Of a DNA stretch of 64,000 nucleotides, positions 50,701 through 62,994 are shown one piece after another. A model generated the notes under the pieces. That model searched no databases, was not told the DNA's origin, and saw nothing but the letters and a program-made list of their open reading frames with translations. Position 1 is the stretch's first letter; each line of letters starts with the position of its first letter. Where the stretch lies: NCBI RefSeq assembly GCF_963921235.1, contig NC_086108.1:6696001-6760000 (forward strand), read 5' to 3'. The position numbers and the translations under genes were made by a program. The stretch comes from Mobula hypostoma. Taxonomy: Eukaryota.

Positions 50701-52794
50701 AGTTTCTCTTCATGTTCCTCTTAAACTTTTCACCTTTCATCCTTAACCCATGACCTCTGGCTGTAGTCCCACCCAACCTCAGTGGAAACAGCCTGCTTAT
50801 ATTTACCCTATCTATAACCTTCATAATTTTGTATACCTCTATCAAAACTCCTCTCATGTGGGTTCAATTTGAGCATTTGAGATAAATGTGGACATGGGTG
50901 GGAGGTGCAGTCTAGGTGCAGCCGAGGGAGGGAGAGCTTACACCTCCTTTGACGAAATAGCACCATCCAGAATGACAATCCTGTGCACAGGCCAAGTACA
51001 AATCTCCCAAAAGCTATTTATGATGCTAGTGTTCTATGAAATCTTGTGAGAATATGATTAAGGATTAAAGGAGGCACTGTATGATATTAAGCAGTGGAAC
51101 TTGGCTACCGACAGATCGGGATCTTTAGTTACAATAAACAAGGTGGCAGACAACGGTTTTGCCAAGATTTTGTTTTATTGAATATTACATTAAGTAGTTA
51201 CAATAGTGAGATGAATATATAAACTAGGTTTTATAAGTAGATAATTACTACAGTTTGCACTATAAAAGTGTGATTCTGTCTCGGTGATATATAGAGTACA
51301 TTAAGAGTTCCATGCATTGGGCTTGAATCCAGGCAGGCAACTCGGTTTATAAGGAGTCGTTGAGTGACTTTGGTGATATAAACCAAAAGGAAAGCAGCTG
51401 AGAAGAAAGTAAGAGCAAACTCTGGAAATAAAAGCCTCATTCACATATTTCGTGATTCTCATGTAGTTTTAAAATTTTTTTACCTTTGCACTACCTATTT
51501 AATTTTACTATTTAATATATATAGTTACCGTAATTCACATTTTTTCTTTATTATTATGTATTACAATGTATTGCTGCCGCAAAGACAACACATTTCCCAA
51601 TATAGTCTGGTGATATTAAACCTGATTCTGGTCTGTTACCTTTTTCAGTGACCTTACACATCTTCAGTCTGACCTGTCACATTGACTTGACAAGCCCTCA
51701 TCATGCAGAAAATACTTTTCTTTTTCCCTCGTTCTATCAATAGCTCTGAACATCTGACATGGTCCTCTCCACCACAAGAAAATTAAAAATCATCCCAATT
51801 GACTCCTTCTTCTCATCTATTCTTAGGAACTGTCTTAAGAGTACAGGCATTAGCAAAATTAAAAAAGAAGGTAAAAAATCAAATAATCCAAAGGCTAAGA
51901 AAGATCTGGGTGGCAGGGTAGAGATACATTTCCACTAAAGATGTGCAAGGCCTTCCTTTGCTCCGCTAGTCTGCAGGTCAAACTGGGGCAAGGATTTGCA
52001 CCTGCTTAGTCCACCCCCCGCCCCGATCAGGGTCATGTGAAGCCATGGGAGCGGGTGGTGGATGGTCGTATGAGCAGCTGGTACATATCACAAGTCCTGA
52101 TTATGCAACCACTGATGCCAGGCAGACTATCTCGGAAGAGTATTAATAATGGCTGGGCCTCTCTGTTTTATAGATATGAGAAAGTCAGTAGATGCTGGAA
52201 ATCCAAAGCAACACATACAAAATGTCTTCCCCCTTCCTTTCTAGTCTTGAAGAAGGGTCTCAGCCCGAAACATCGACATTGATTTATATTGATGCTGCCT
52301 GACCTGCTGAGTTTGTCCAGCATTTTGTGCGTGTTGTAAAGACACTGCCAAGCGGCGGGGTGAGGGTCACAGTTAGACGGTGAGGAGAGATTGGTCACTT
52401 GGGACTGTACTCGCTGGAATTCAGAAGGATGAGAGGAGATCTTATAGAAACATATAAAATTATAAAAGGGATAGATAGAGGCAGGAAAGTTATTTCCACT
52501 GGTAGGTGAGACTAGAACTAGGGGACATAGCTTCAAGATTCGGGGGAGTAGATGCAGGGTGGAGATGAGGAGGAACTGCTTTTCCCAGAAAGTGGTGAAT
52601 GTGTGGAATTCTTTGCCCAATGAAGCAGTGGTAGCTACCTCAGTAAATATATACAAGACAAGGCTGGATAGATTTTTGCAGAGTAGGGGAATTAGGGGTT
52701 ATGGGGAAAAGGCAGTTAGGTGGAGATGAGTCCATGGTCAGATCAGCCATGTAGGTCAGATGGTCTACTCCTGCTCCTATTTCTAAGTTCTTAT

Positions 52795-53462
52795 GTACCT
52801 TAGCCTGAAGAAGACTAAGATTATCACTACTGGCAGTACAACCAATTTCAATCTCGATGGAGAGGAAATTGAAGTGGTTGACTGCTTCAAGTTATTTGGA
52901 TCAACAACTAACACCAAAGCGATAACCAGTCAAGAAATCCAACAGAGAATTGCCCTTGGCAAAGCAGCCATGAAGGATTTAGAGAAGATCCTCGGGAACA
53001 GGAATCTATCTCTACAAACAAAGATTCGACTTGTGCATTATATAGATGCAAATGTTGGATGGTAAAGAAAAGGATAGGAAGTATATCAAAGCCTTAGAAC
53101 TGTGGTGTTGGAGAAAAAAATACTCGTATCTCGTGGACCTCTCATAGAAGAAACAAATCAGTCCACAATGAAATTAAATCAAGTCTCTCTCTGGAGGTTC
53201 AAACGACAAGTCTCTGCCTATCATACTTTGAGCACATCATGTGAAGAAACAGCTCCCTGGGAAAGGATATCATGCTCAGCAAGGTTGAAGGACAACAGAA
53301 GAGAAGAAGGCCACCAATTAGATGGATGGACAGAATAAGCACAGCTATGAATGCAATGTTATCAACAATGAACTGCCTTTGTCAGGATCAAAACTAATTT
53401 AGGGCATCTATCCATAGGGTCGCCATGAGTCGCCGATGACTTGATGGCACTTAACAACAACA
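52795..53462 (+). mobile_element. RTE (BovB-related) 3' fragment
   Basis: LSLKKTKIIT...GEEIEVVDCFKLFGS...RIALGKAAM (ORF 52793-53065); 3' end gggtcgccatgagtcg...gatggcacttaacaacaac. Confidence 0.75.
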
Positions 53463-56400
53463 TGAGGGGAAAAGATAGGGTATATTCAAGTAGGCTTTCT
53501 CCACTGAGGTTGGATGGGATGCAACCAGAGGTAATTGATTAAGGGTGAAAGGTGAAAAAGTTTAAGGTGAACATGAGAGCAAACTCTTCACTCAGCAGGT
53601 ATGGAACAAGTTGCCAGTGCCAGTGGTGGATGCAGGCTCAATTTCAACATTAAAGAGAAATTTGGATAAGTACATGGATGGTATGGGTATGGAGGGCTAT
53701 GGTTCTGGTGCAACTCAATGGTAGTAGGCAGTTTAAATGGTTTGACATGGACTGGATAGGCCGAAGTGCCTGTTTCTGTGCTGTACTTTTCTTTGACTCT
53801 ATGTATGTCAACTGTTGCCATGTAGGAAATGAAACATGCAAACTGCCAAGTGTAAATATGACCAAACATTTATCCTGGTCCACTTACGTGTATTCTACTG
53901 TACATCTAAGAAATGCCTGTATTACCTCAGAAGAGGGAAAAGCAACATGGTAGTGTAGTGATTAGCGCAATGCTTTATTGCAGCAGAGATCTGAGTTCAA
54001 TTCACGCCGCCACCTGCAAGGAGTTTGTACGTTCTCCTCTTGACTCCTTTGGGTGCTCCAGTTTCCTCCCACATTCCAAAGGTGTGCTGGTTGGACGGTT
54101 AATTGGTCATTGTAAATTCTCCTGTGATTAAGCTAGGATGAAATCGGAGGATTGCTGGGCGGTGTGGCTCGAAGGGCCCATTCTACGCTGCATCTCAATA
54201 AGTAGGTGGTTCGCTGAGCAGTGTGGCTCTTTGGGCCAGGCGAGTCTGTTCTGAGCCGTATCTATTGAGGAAGTTGGACTTCCCCAATCTCTGATCTTTC
54301 TTGACCAGCTTTTGATCTTAGTTCCCCTTTGTCAGATTATTGTGAAAGGCAAACATTTCCTCTAACACCTTTTCTCCTCCCCATCTCGTCTTTTTGACAC
54401 CCAATACATTTATGGATTTTTTTAACCTTCAATTAAACTCAATTCAACTGCCCAATAAATTAGATTAAATACAATCCAACTGCCTATCTGGGGGTTCTCC
54501 ACTCTCCATATTTCCTCTTTCCCTTATTTATGTCTTGTAGGCATTAAAGTTGTAACCTTCCTAATCTACAAGCACCATAGATCAAGAGAAAAGTGGGTAT
54601 AATAAGGCAGCACTGTAGCGTAATGGTTAGCACAACGATTTACGGTAAAAGTGTCCCAGGTTCAATTCACGCCACTGCCTGTAAGGGCTTTGTGTGCTCT
54701 ACCCCATGACCTCATGGGTTTCCTTAGGGTGCTCTGGTTTCTCCCTACAATCCAACGACCTACCAGTTTGTAGGTTAGTTGGTCTTTGTAAATTGTCCTG
54801 CAATTAGACGAGGGTTCAATCGGGGGATTACTCGAAGGGCCAGAAGGGCATAATCTGTGCTGTATCTCAATAAATAAATTAAATTCAGCACGTCCCAATG
54901 ACTCAGACCAATTTTTGCACATGCACCATAGCAAGCATACTATCTGTAGCATCACAGGTTGGTATGGAAACTGCTGTACCCAGGAACACAAGAAATTACA
55001 GAGAGTTGTAAGCGTGGCCCAATCCATTACGCAAACCAGCCTCCCCTCTATTGATTCCATCTATAATTCCTGCTACCTTTGGAGCATAATTAAGGACCCC
55101 TTTCACTCTGGTCATTTTCACAATCCCCCTCCCTGTTTTCCTTTTACAGATCCTTGAAAGGACCTGTTCCCTGCTGCATCATAAATATCTTTAAATCAGC
55201 TACAAAACAAGAAACCCAAAAGAACCCAATTATGAAAAAGGACCAAACTCAATGTGCAACAAGAGAGAAAAATCATGCAAACAATAAAGCAAGCCAGAGC
55301 ATTCAGAACAAAACTGAGCTTTTAAACCCGAAGCTTGGAGCAGCCAGAGTGGGCCCATAGTCTCAGCGTCAGTTCCTCTCACAAAGAGGCAAATTGCCGT
55401 GAAGCTCGCAGACACTAAGACCAGAGCAGCTGGGGCATGACACAGCCTCGGTGCCGAGGAGTAAGATGTTGTGGAGCAGGACTGGCTCAACCCTCACCTC
55501 TGGTCCCAATACCCTGCCTTTCGTTCCAGCTGGCCTGGCATTTACCCCAGAAAGTTGTGGACTTTATATTACTGGGAGTATTTAAAAGAAGCAGCAGAGG
55601 CATTTCTGAAAGATCCGGGACTGAGGGCTGTGAAGGGGTTCAAGAGAATGCGGAAGATGGAATCTGGGGGAACAAACTACCAAACTCAATGACAACTTCA
55701 ATGCTGCTGTTATAAGACTATCGAACAATGAGATGAATTCTTGACCAATCAACCTCCTTATGATCTTGTATCATATTGTCTGACTTCACTGCACTTTAGT
55801 CCGTAACTAAAATATTTTATTCTGGATTCCATAATTGTTTACATTCATACTACCTGAATGCATTGTTGGAATGGAACGGTCTGTGTGTGTGGCATGCATG
55901 CATAAATGGTAGTGGCATGCAGAGGGCAGGCATTGAAGGTGAGGGGGGATAAGTTCAAAGGGGATGAGAGGGGTAAGTTTTTTACTCCGAGAGTGGTGGA
56001 TGCCTTGTATACTGGTAGAGGCAAATGCATTAGAGGCTTTTAAGAGACATTTAGATAGGTTCATGGATATGAAAAAGATGGAAGAGTATGGATTTTGTGC
56101 AGGTAGGAGGATTTTTAAAATTTAAATTTTTAGCTAGTTCGGCACAGCATTGTGGGCCAAAGGGCTTGTTCCTCTACTGTACAGTTCTGTGTTCTAAGTT
56201 CAATGTGTGAGGCTGTTGCACTTTCGGAGAACAAGCAGGGTAGGATGTATACAGTGAACAGTAGGGCACTGAGGGGTGCAGTAGAGTAAAGGGATCTGAG
56301 ATTACAGATCCATAATCCTTGAAAGTTGTGTCGGAGGTAGGTAAAACCATAAAGAGACCTTTTGTCGTATTGGCCTTCATAAATCCGAGTATTCAGTATG

Positions 56401-57149
56401 GGAGTTTGGATGTTATATTGAAGCTGTATAATATGTTGTTGAGGCTATATTTGGAGTATCTACCTACAGAAAAGATCCTACTAAGATTTAAAGAGTACAG
56501 CTGAAATTTACAGCTGAGCTTTATTCCCTGTCTTAAGCTTCCATTGGTCAGGGTGAACCGTAGATGTTGCGTCCTAGTCTAGATACGCAAGCCAGGGCAA
56601 CACAATATGGATAGCAAGCTGTGGCCCATGTAGCAAGATCTTCCTCTCCACGCGGCTGATGAATGCAAAGGAAGGGCAGAGGCCAATGCAGTTTGGCACC
56701 AGCCCAGAAGTTGCCAGTCGGCATTGAACTCTTCATAGGTAGGGACTCCAGCTCTTTTCCTCAGGGTTTACTCACAAGCTTTATCCATGAGTGGGTATAG
56801 ATATTAGGCAGTGGAGGTTTGAGATGAGAGTTTTCCTTATCTCAGACAAACTGCCAACCTCGGCTGACGAGCCCCATCCACCCAGAGCGAATGGTTTTGA
56901 AGTGTCAAGTCACCCGCCTTTGCCCCTTCTCCTGTCAGTAGAAACGGACTTAGTTGCTAAGGCAGACGTGAAGGCCCGGAGCTGGACTTCGAGTGTCAGA
57001 GGCTATTTGAGGTGCACACCATTGGGAACATTTAGTAAGTAGTGGGAGCTTGTCCCGATTACCACTCCTGGATATAACAACTTTAAAGAAGGAGCCTGCC
57101 ATCCAGATAGATTATTCCACAGATACAGAGAGAGGGGAGAACGAACCAA

Positions 57150-57960
57150 GCAAGCGCACAATGACGAACGAGCGGAGGAATTCCAACCACAGATCCCTCC
57201 CGACGTGGGAGGGAGGACCGGTGAGAGAGGTGAAGTGGGCGGGGGAATAAGGAACGGCGCAAGCGCACAGTGATGAGGAGAAAGGGGGCTCCCGGAGTGG
57301 ACGGCGTGCAGGTTGGCGCCTTTTGGCGCGCGAGCTCGAGCGTGTGCGCCGCCGCCGCCCCTGACTGGCCGTCCGCAGCAGCGAGTGAATGAGAGAGGGA
57401 GTGCGCGCGCATGCGTGCTCGTGAATGGGAGTGCGCGCGCGTTCGCGCGCCCCGGGCGGAAGTGGAGAGGCACACACACATACACACACGCACACACTGC
57501 ACTCACAGGAGAAGCCGAGCGCAGAGCCTGCCTGGCGGACAGTCGCGGAGGATCGTCGGCTTGTCACGGCTATCGCCAGGGGGGGGGAAAGAAAGGGCTT
57601 TCCTGGTCTACCGTGTGCGTCCATTAAAAAAAAACTACATAGTGGGAGACAACAAAGAGTTTTGATCTCGGCTTGGTTGTGATTTTTTTTGTTGATTAAT
57701 CGTGTCACATTCGGAGACACCTGGAGCAGCTACTGCCCCCCTTCCTCCTCCTCCTCCTCCTCCCCTCCGGAACATGGTGGACTACCACGAAGCCAACTCG
57801 CAGTTGCAGCAGCCCAACCATGGCGACTACATGCAGCCTGAGGAGGACTGGGACCGCGATCTGCTGCTCGACCCGGCCTGGGAGCGGCAGCAGCGGAAGG
57901 TGAGACAGCAGCGGGGGTTGCGCGCAACCCTGGGGAGGGCAAGCGAGGGTATATAAAGGC
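57150..57960 (+). promoter_or_regulatory. CpG-island promoter / 5' UTR of alpha-actinin
   Basis: Dense CpG in a CpG-poor window; GC boxes (GGGCGGGG at ~57237, GGGCGGAAGT with an ETS core at ~57454); (CA)n and (CCT)n tracts before the ATG. Confidence 0.8.
57774..57899 (+). CDS. ACTN4: Non-muscle alpha-actinin, coding exon 1 (ACTN4-like; ACTN1 not excluded)
   Basis: AACATGG start; [42 protein letters not shown] (42 codons) carries the actinin signature [17 protein letters not shown] phase-0 donor AAG|GTGAGA at 57900 matches the position of intron 1 in vertebrate actinins. The score reflects actinin identity; paralog assignment is about 0.65. Confidence 0.93.
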
Positions 57961-58009
57961 CCAGGGATGGGGGTAAGGTTCTTTCTCTGCACATCGACGG
58001 GGCACCTCC

Positions 58010-58628
58010 CGCAGGTTTTGCCTTTCTTTCATACCCCCCCAGGTTTTGCCTTCCTTTCTTACCCCCCAGGTTTTGCCTTCCTTTCTTACCCCCCAGGTTT
58101 TGCCTTCCTTTCTTACCCCCCCAGGTTTTGCCTTCCTTTCATACCACTCCCAGGTTTTGCCTTCCTTTCATGCCCCCCTCAGGTTTTGCCTTCCTTTCTT
58201 ACCCCCCCCAGGTTTTGCCTTCCTTTCTTACCCCCCCAGGTTTTGCCTTCCTTTCATGCCCCCCCCAGGTTTTGCCTTCCTTTCTTACCCCCCCCAGGTT
58301 TTGCCTTCCTTTCTTGCCCCCCCAGGTTTTGCCTTCCTTTCTTGCCCCCCGAATTTGCCTTCCTTTCTTGCCCCCCCGAATTTGCCTTCCTTTCTTGCCC
58401 CCCCGAATTTGCCTTCCTTTCTTGCCCCCCCGAATTTGCCCTCCTTTCTTGCCCCCCCGAATTTGTCCTCCTTCCCCCCCCCGAATTTGTCCTCCTTCCC
58501 CCTCCCGAATTTGTCCTCCTTCCCCCCCCGCGAATTTGTCCTCCTTCCCCCCCCGCGAATTTGTCCTCCTTCCCCCCCCCGCGAATTTGTCCTCCTTCCC
58601 CCCCCGAATTTGTCCTCCTTCCCCCCCA
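58010..58628. repeat. C/T-rich minisatellite (~24-30-bp unit) in actinin intron 1
   Basis: About 22 units, from CnAGGTTTTGCCTTCCTTTCTTA to CnGAATTTGTCCTCCTT. Confidence 0.95.
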
Positions 58629-59034
58629 TGGGAAAACTCCTGAACTGTACCTAGTCTGCACCCTTCTGTAAACGTCATCAGCTCTTTGCAATCAGAGTGC
58701 CTTAAATTCCTGCAGCTCCCATAAAATTCTAGGTGTGTTAGAGGCCGTGCAGGCAACTACTATAGTTATGTGACATGCCTGTTAACTCAGAGCTCAAAAT
58801 ATTTCTCTAGTAACTCTTCTTGTACACTGCATGTAGATCTGTAGGACTGGGTTTTGCTTTCCTTACCCCCACGCCCCTGCCCCTTACAACGCCTTAGAAC
58901 GGTTTTTCCTTTCTCCTCCGACAAAGACTGGGGCACTGAAGATTTGTGACCTTGTGTTTAAGTTGAATTGCAAGCCAACCGTATTTGTACACAACAATGT
59001 ACTGTCTAGTGTACAGAGTCTTTTACTTAATTTC

Positions 59035-59247
59035 AAAAACGCAACAACAGGAATTTTGCAGATGCTGGAAATTCAAGTAACACACATCAAAGTTGCTGGT
59101 GAACGCAGCAGGCCAGGCAGCATCTCTAGGAAGAAGTACAGTCGACATTTCAGGCCGAGATGAAGGGTCTCGGCCTGAAACGTCGACTGTACCTCTTCCT
59201 AGAGATGCTGCCTGGCCTGCTGCGTTCACTAGCAACTTTGATGTGTG
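59035..59247. mobile_element. Fold-back Penelope pLTR insertion (86-bp hairpin)
   Basis: Arms 59075-59160 and 59168-59253 with a 7-nt loop; TSD TTACTTAATTTC at 59023-59034 and 59248-59259. Confidence 0.9.
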
Positions 59248-59569
59248 TTACTTAATTTCGGATATTGTTTTGAGCACTCTGAACTCTTTTTAAGTGCATT
59301 GTGGTTTCAGGGGTTTCAATAATACATTAAGCTATAATATGGACCAAGGCAGGCAAATTGCAAGCGGATAGATTTTTTTAATTCTGTCTGGAATACAGGG
59401 GATGTTGTTTATTAATTTCAAATATGTTTGAGCACTCTGGTCTTTTTTAAAGTTTTAGTGATTTCAGTAATAACAATAAGTTATAATATGAGCCATGGAA
59501 GGCAAATTGCAAGTGGGTAGATTTGATACTGCAATATAGAGTGGGTTATTTGTTTACAAAGTGCTTGCT

Positions 59570-60305
59570 TGTGCCAAGATGAGGCCACCCTTGGGGTGGA
59601 GGAACAACACCTTGTATTCCAGGTCTGCAACCTGATGGCATGAATATTGTTTCCTTCTAGTTTTTAAAATAATCCCTCCCTTTCCCCCCTTTTATTCCCC
59701 AGTCTGGCCTCTTACCTCTTCTCACCTGCCTATCACCTCCCCTTGGTATCCCTTCCTCCTTCTCTTTCTCCTGTGGTCCACTCTCCTCTCCTATCACCTT
59801 CCTGCCTCTCCAGCCCTTTACCTTTCCCACCCACCTGCCTTCATCTATCATCCCTTGGTTCCCTCCTCCTTTTCTTTCTTCTGTCGTCCACTCTTCTCTC
59901 CTTTTAGGTTGCTTTCACTCCAGCTCTTTATCTTTCCCACCCACCTGGCTTCACCTATATCCTTCCAGGTAGCCTCCTTCACCTCTCTCTTCTCTCCCCC
60001 CCCCCCCCATTTTTATTCTTCTCCTCACCGGCCTGTCTGTCACCTTTAGGTGACCCTCCTCCTTCCCTTTCTCCTTTGGTCCACTTTCCTCTGGTTTGAC
60101 ATGTTTACCTTTTCCACCTATCACCTCCCAGATTCTTACTTCATTCACCTAGCTTCACCTACCATCGTCTGGTTTATCCTCCCTGCACCCTCTTATTCTG
60201 GCGTCTTTCCCCTTCCTTTTCAGACCTGGAGAAGGGTCTCAACCCAAAACGTTGGCTGTTTATTTATTTCCATAGATGCTGCCTGACCTGCTGAGTTCCT
60301 GCAGT

Positions 60306-60369
<64 letters not shown>

Positions 60370-60405
60370 GCTCTGGATTTCTAGTGTCTGCAGACTTTCA
60401 TGTTT
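59570..60405 (+). mobile_element. Penelope (Neptune-type) 3' end with pLTR
   Basis: EN C-terminus, pyrimidine-rich 3' UTR, degenerate hammerhead at ~60221-60258, gctgcctgacctgctgagttcc. Confidence 0.75.
60310..60366. repeat. (TG)n microsatellite
   Basis: Perfect dinucleotide run expanded from the pLTR tgtgtg motif. Confidence 0.98.
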
Positions 60406-61022
60406 ATAACTATTCCACCTTCTGCTGTTCAAAAATTTTTCCTGATGCAAATGTGTGAATGTTTAAAATTTTCTTTAAAGCATGAATTAATTTAGCACTG
60501 CTGGTGTAACACTGTGAACTTTAGTAGAGCATCTGACTGTCTAGATTAATGTGAAGACATTTGTGAAAGTCAATTAAAAGGTAGAGCTAGCTAAATTTGG
60601 TATTCGTTTTTAAAATTATGCTTGAGGTTTAGTAATTGTAATTATCTTTTGTAAATCAAAAGTGCAGTCTTTTTAACTCATGACACTACATTCCAGGGTT
60701 TAATGCATATCTTTAATCTGGAATTTTCTGATATGGCCCTCCCTGGTTTGCAATTGAAAATATGAACACAATCTGTCTGTGAATAGATTTTTCCCGTCTT
60801 TGTAAATAGTGGCCTGCACAATCCCCTTTATCCCTCCCCAAGGACGTCATTGGAATTGTCACGCATTCACCTGTAGGACAAAAATATTTGTGCAATATCA
60901 AAGCCCAAATCAGAATTTGGTTTGATGTATCTTGTATATGTCATGAAATTTGTTGCTTTGTACAGCAGTACATTGTAATACATAAATTATAAATTAGAGT
61001 AAATTTTCAGATATATATACTG

Positions 61023-61025
<3 letters not shown>

Positions 61026-61061
<36 letters not shown>
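61026..61061. repeat. (TA)n microsatellite
   Basis: Perfect dinucleotide run. Confidence 0.97.
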
Positions 61062-61067
<6 letters not shown>

Positions 61068-62994
61068 ATTCATGGATTCAATGTCCATTCAGAAATCTGA
61101 CCGCAGAGGGGAAGAAGCTGTTTCTGAAAAGTTGAGTGTGTGCCTTCAGGCTTCTGTACCTCCTTCCTGATGGTAGCAATGAGAAGACAGTATGTCCTGG
61201 GTGATGAGGGTCCTTGATGGTGGATACTGTCTTTTTCAGGCATCGCATTTTGAAGATGCCCTTGATATTGCGGAAGCAATTGTACATGATGGAGCTGACT
61301 GAGTTGACGTGACTGAGCTAACTGAGGCTTTTTCCAATCCTGTGCAGTGACCCCTCCATACCACATGATGATGCAACCAGTTAGAATGCTCTGCACAGTA
61401 CATCTGTAGAAATTCGAGTGTCTTTGGTGTCTTTTCTCAAACTTCTAATGAACTATAGCCGCTTTTGTAACTTCTTTGTAATTGCATCAGTATTTTGGGC
61501 CAAGGATAGATCTTCAGAGCTGTTGACACGCAAGAACTTGCTCACCCTTTCCACTTCTGTTCCCTTGATAAGGAATAATGTACGTTTCTTCAGCTTCTCA
61601 GTACAGAAGTCCACAATCAATTCCTTGGTTTTATTAACACTGAGTGCAAAGTTATTGGTGCACCACTCAACCAGCTGATCTATCTCACTTTTGTATGTCT
61701 GCTTGACATCATCTGATAGTTTGCCAGCAATCATATCATCAGCAAATTTATCGATGGCATTTGATCTGTGCCTAGCCACATAGTCGTGAGTGTAGAGCAG
61801 TGGGCTAAGCACACATCCCTGAGGTGTGATGGTGTTGATTGTCAGTGAGGAGATGTTATTTCCAATCTGCACAGATTGTGGTCTCCCAGTGAGGTAGTCA
61901 AGGATCCAGTTGCAGAGGGAAGTACAGAGGAAGAAACTGCATATTGACACAGTTACAAAGAAGACACAATAGTGGTTATATTTCATTAGGAGTTTGAGGA
62001 GATTTGGTATGTCACCAGGACATCCAAGGCATCTACAAGGAGTGATGCCACAAAAAGGCAGCATCCATCATTAAGGACCCCCATCACCCAGGACATACCC
62101 TCTTCTCATTGTTATCATCAGGGAGGAGGTATAGGAGCCTGAAGACACACACTCAACAATTCAGCAACAGCCATCAGATTTCTGAATGGACATTGCATTC
62201 ACGAGCACTACCTCATACATTTTTTGCACTACTTATTTAAATTAACATATATAGTGTTTATTATTATGTATTGCAATGACCTGTTGCCACAAATAAAAGA
62301 CTGAAGCTCTGGTTTGTTTTGTCAGTGTCATTCCACTAATTTGAGAAGTCATCCAGATAATGGTGAGCTTCAGATCTGAAGTTTACCGTTATTGCAATCA
62401 TAATGCTCATGGCAGACGTGGTAGTTTGCCAGTATAGTAAGACTTAAAATGTCTTTTATTTTCAGTAGGTTGCGCACAACCTTGTTTAGATGCTGACTGA
62501 CCTGTTGAGTTCTTCTAGCATTCTGTATGTCTGTTTCATTAGTTACTGAGACTTCTGGGCAAACTTTCTAGTGCTTCATATATTGTATTGAGCCTGTAGT
62601 CTTGGTTTAATACTGTTTCTACTCCGCTTAAAGGTTTCTACACTACTAGTTTTGACGATTTACTAATCTTTACTGATAAGAGTGTCTTGACAAGCTGCAT
62701 CTTCATCTGGTATGTAAGCATCCAGGCATCGGACTGGAAGCCTATACAAAGGACTATGAGAACGGCTGAGAGGATCATGGGTCTCCCTACCATCCATTTG
62801 GGACATGTATCAGGAGTGCTGTGTATGTAGGGATCCCACCCATCCAGCATACTCTTTGACTTCCTACCATCAGGCAGGAGACCTCAATGCATAAAAACAA
62901 GAACGGCCAGGATGGGAAACAGTTTCTTTCCTCGGGTCATTAGGCTTCTGAACTCCCTGCCGCATCGCATTCGAAGTGTCACTGGTTAATCTGT

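Noticed and set aside
51905..52010. Ribozyme at the 5' end of the BovB-related non-autonomous repeat
   Set aside because: Some stems can be drawn, but I could not fit HDV, twister or hammerhead core motifs.
1..57000. Exons of expected actinin neighbours (EIF3K, DCAF5)
   Set aside because: No recognisable peptide in the ORF track. Short exons could have been missed by eye.
57003..57720. 167-202-aa minus-strand ORFs and 84-104-aa plus-strand ORFs
   Set aside because: Expected in a GC-rich CpG island, with no recognisable domain. They cannot be called uORFs without a TSS.
57950..57960. TATATAAA just inside intron 1 as an internal promoter
   Set aside because: A single motif followed only by a minisatellite; no supporting exon.
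57967..58756. Long ORFs (up to 234 aa) on both strands
   Set aside because: They are translations of the stop-poor minisatellite in intron 1.
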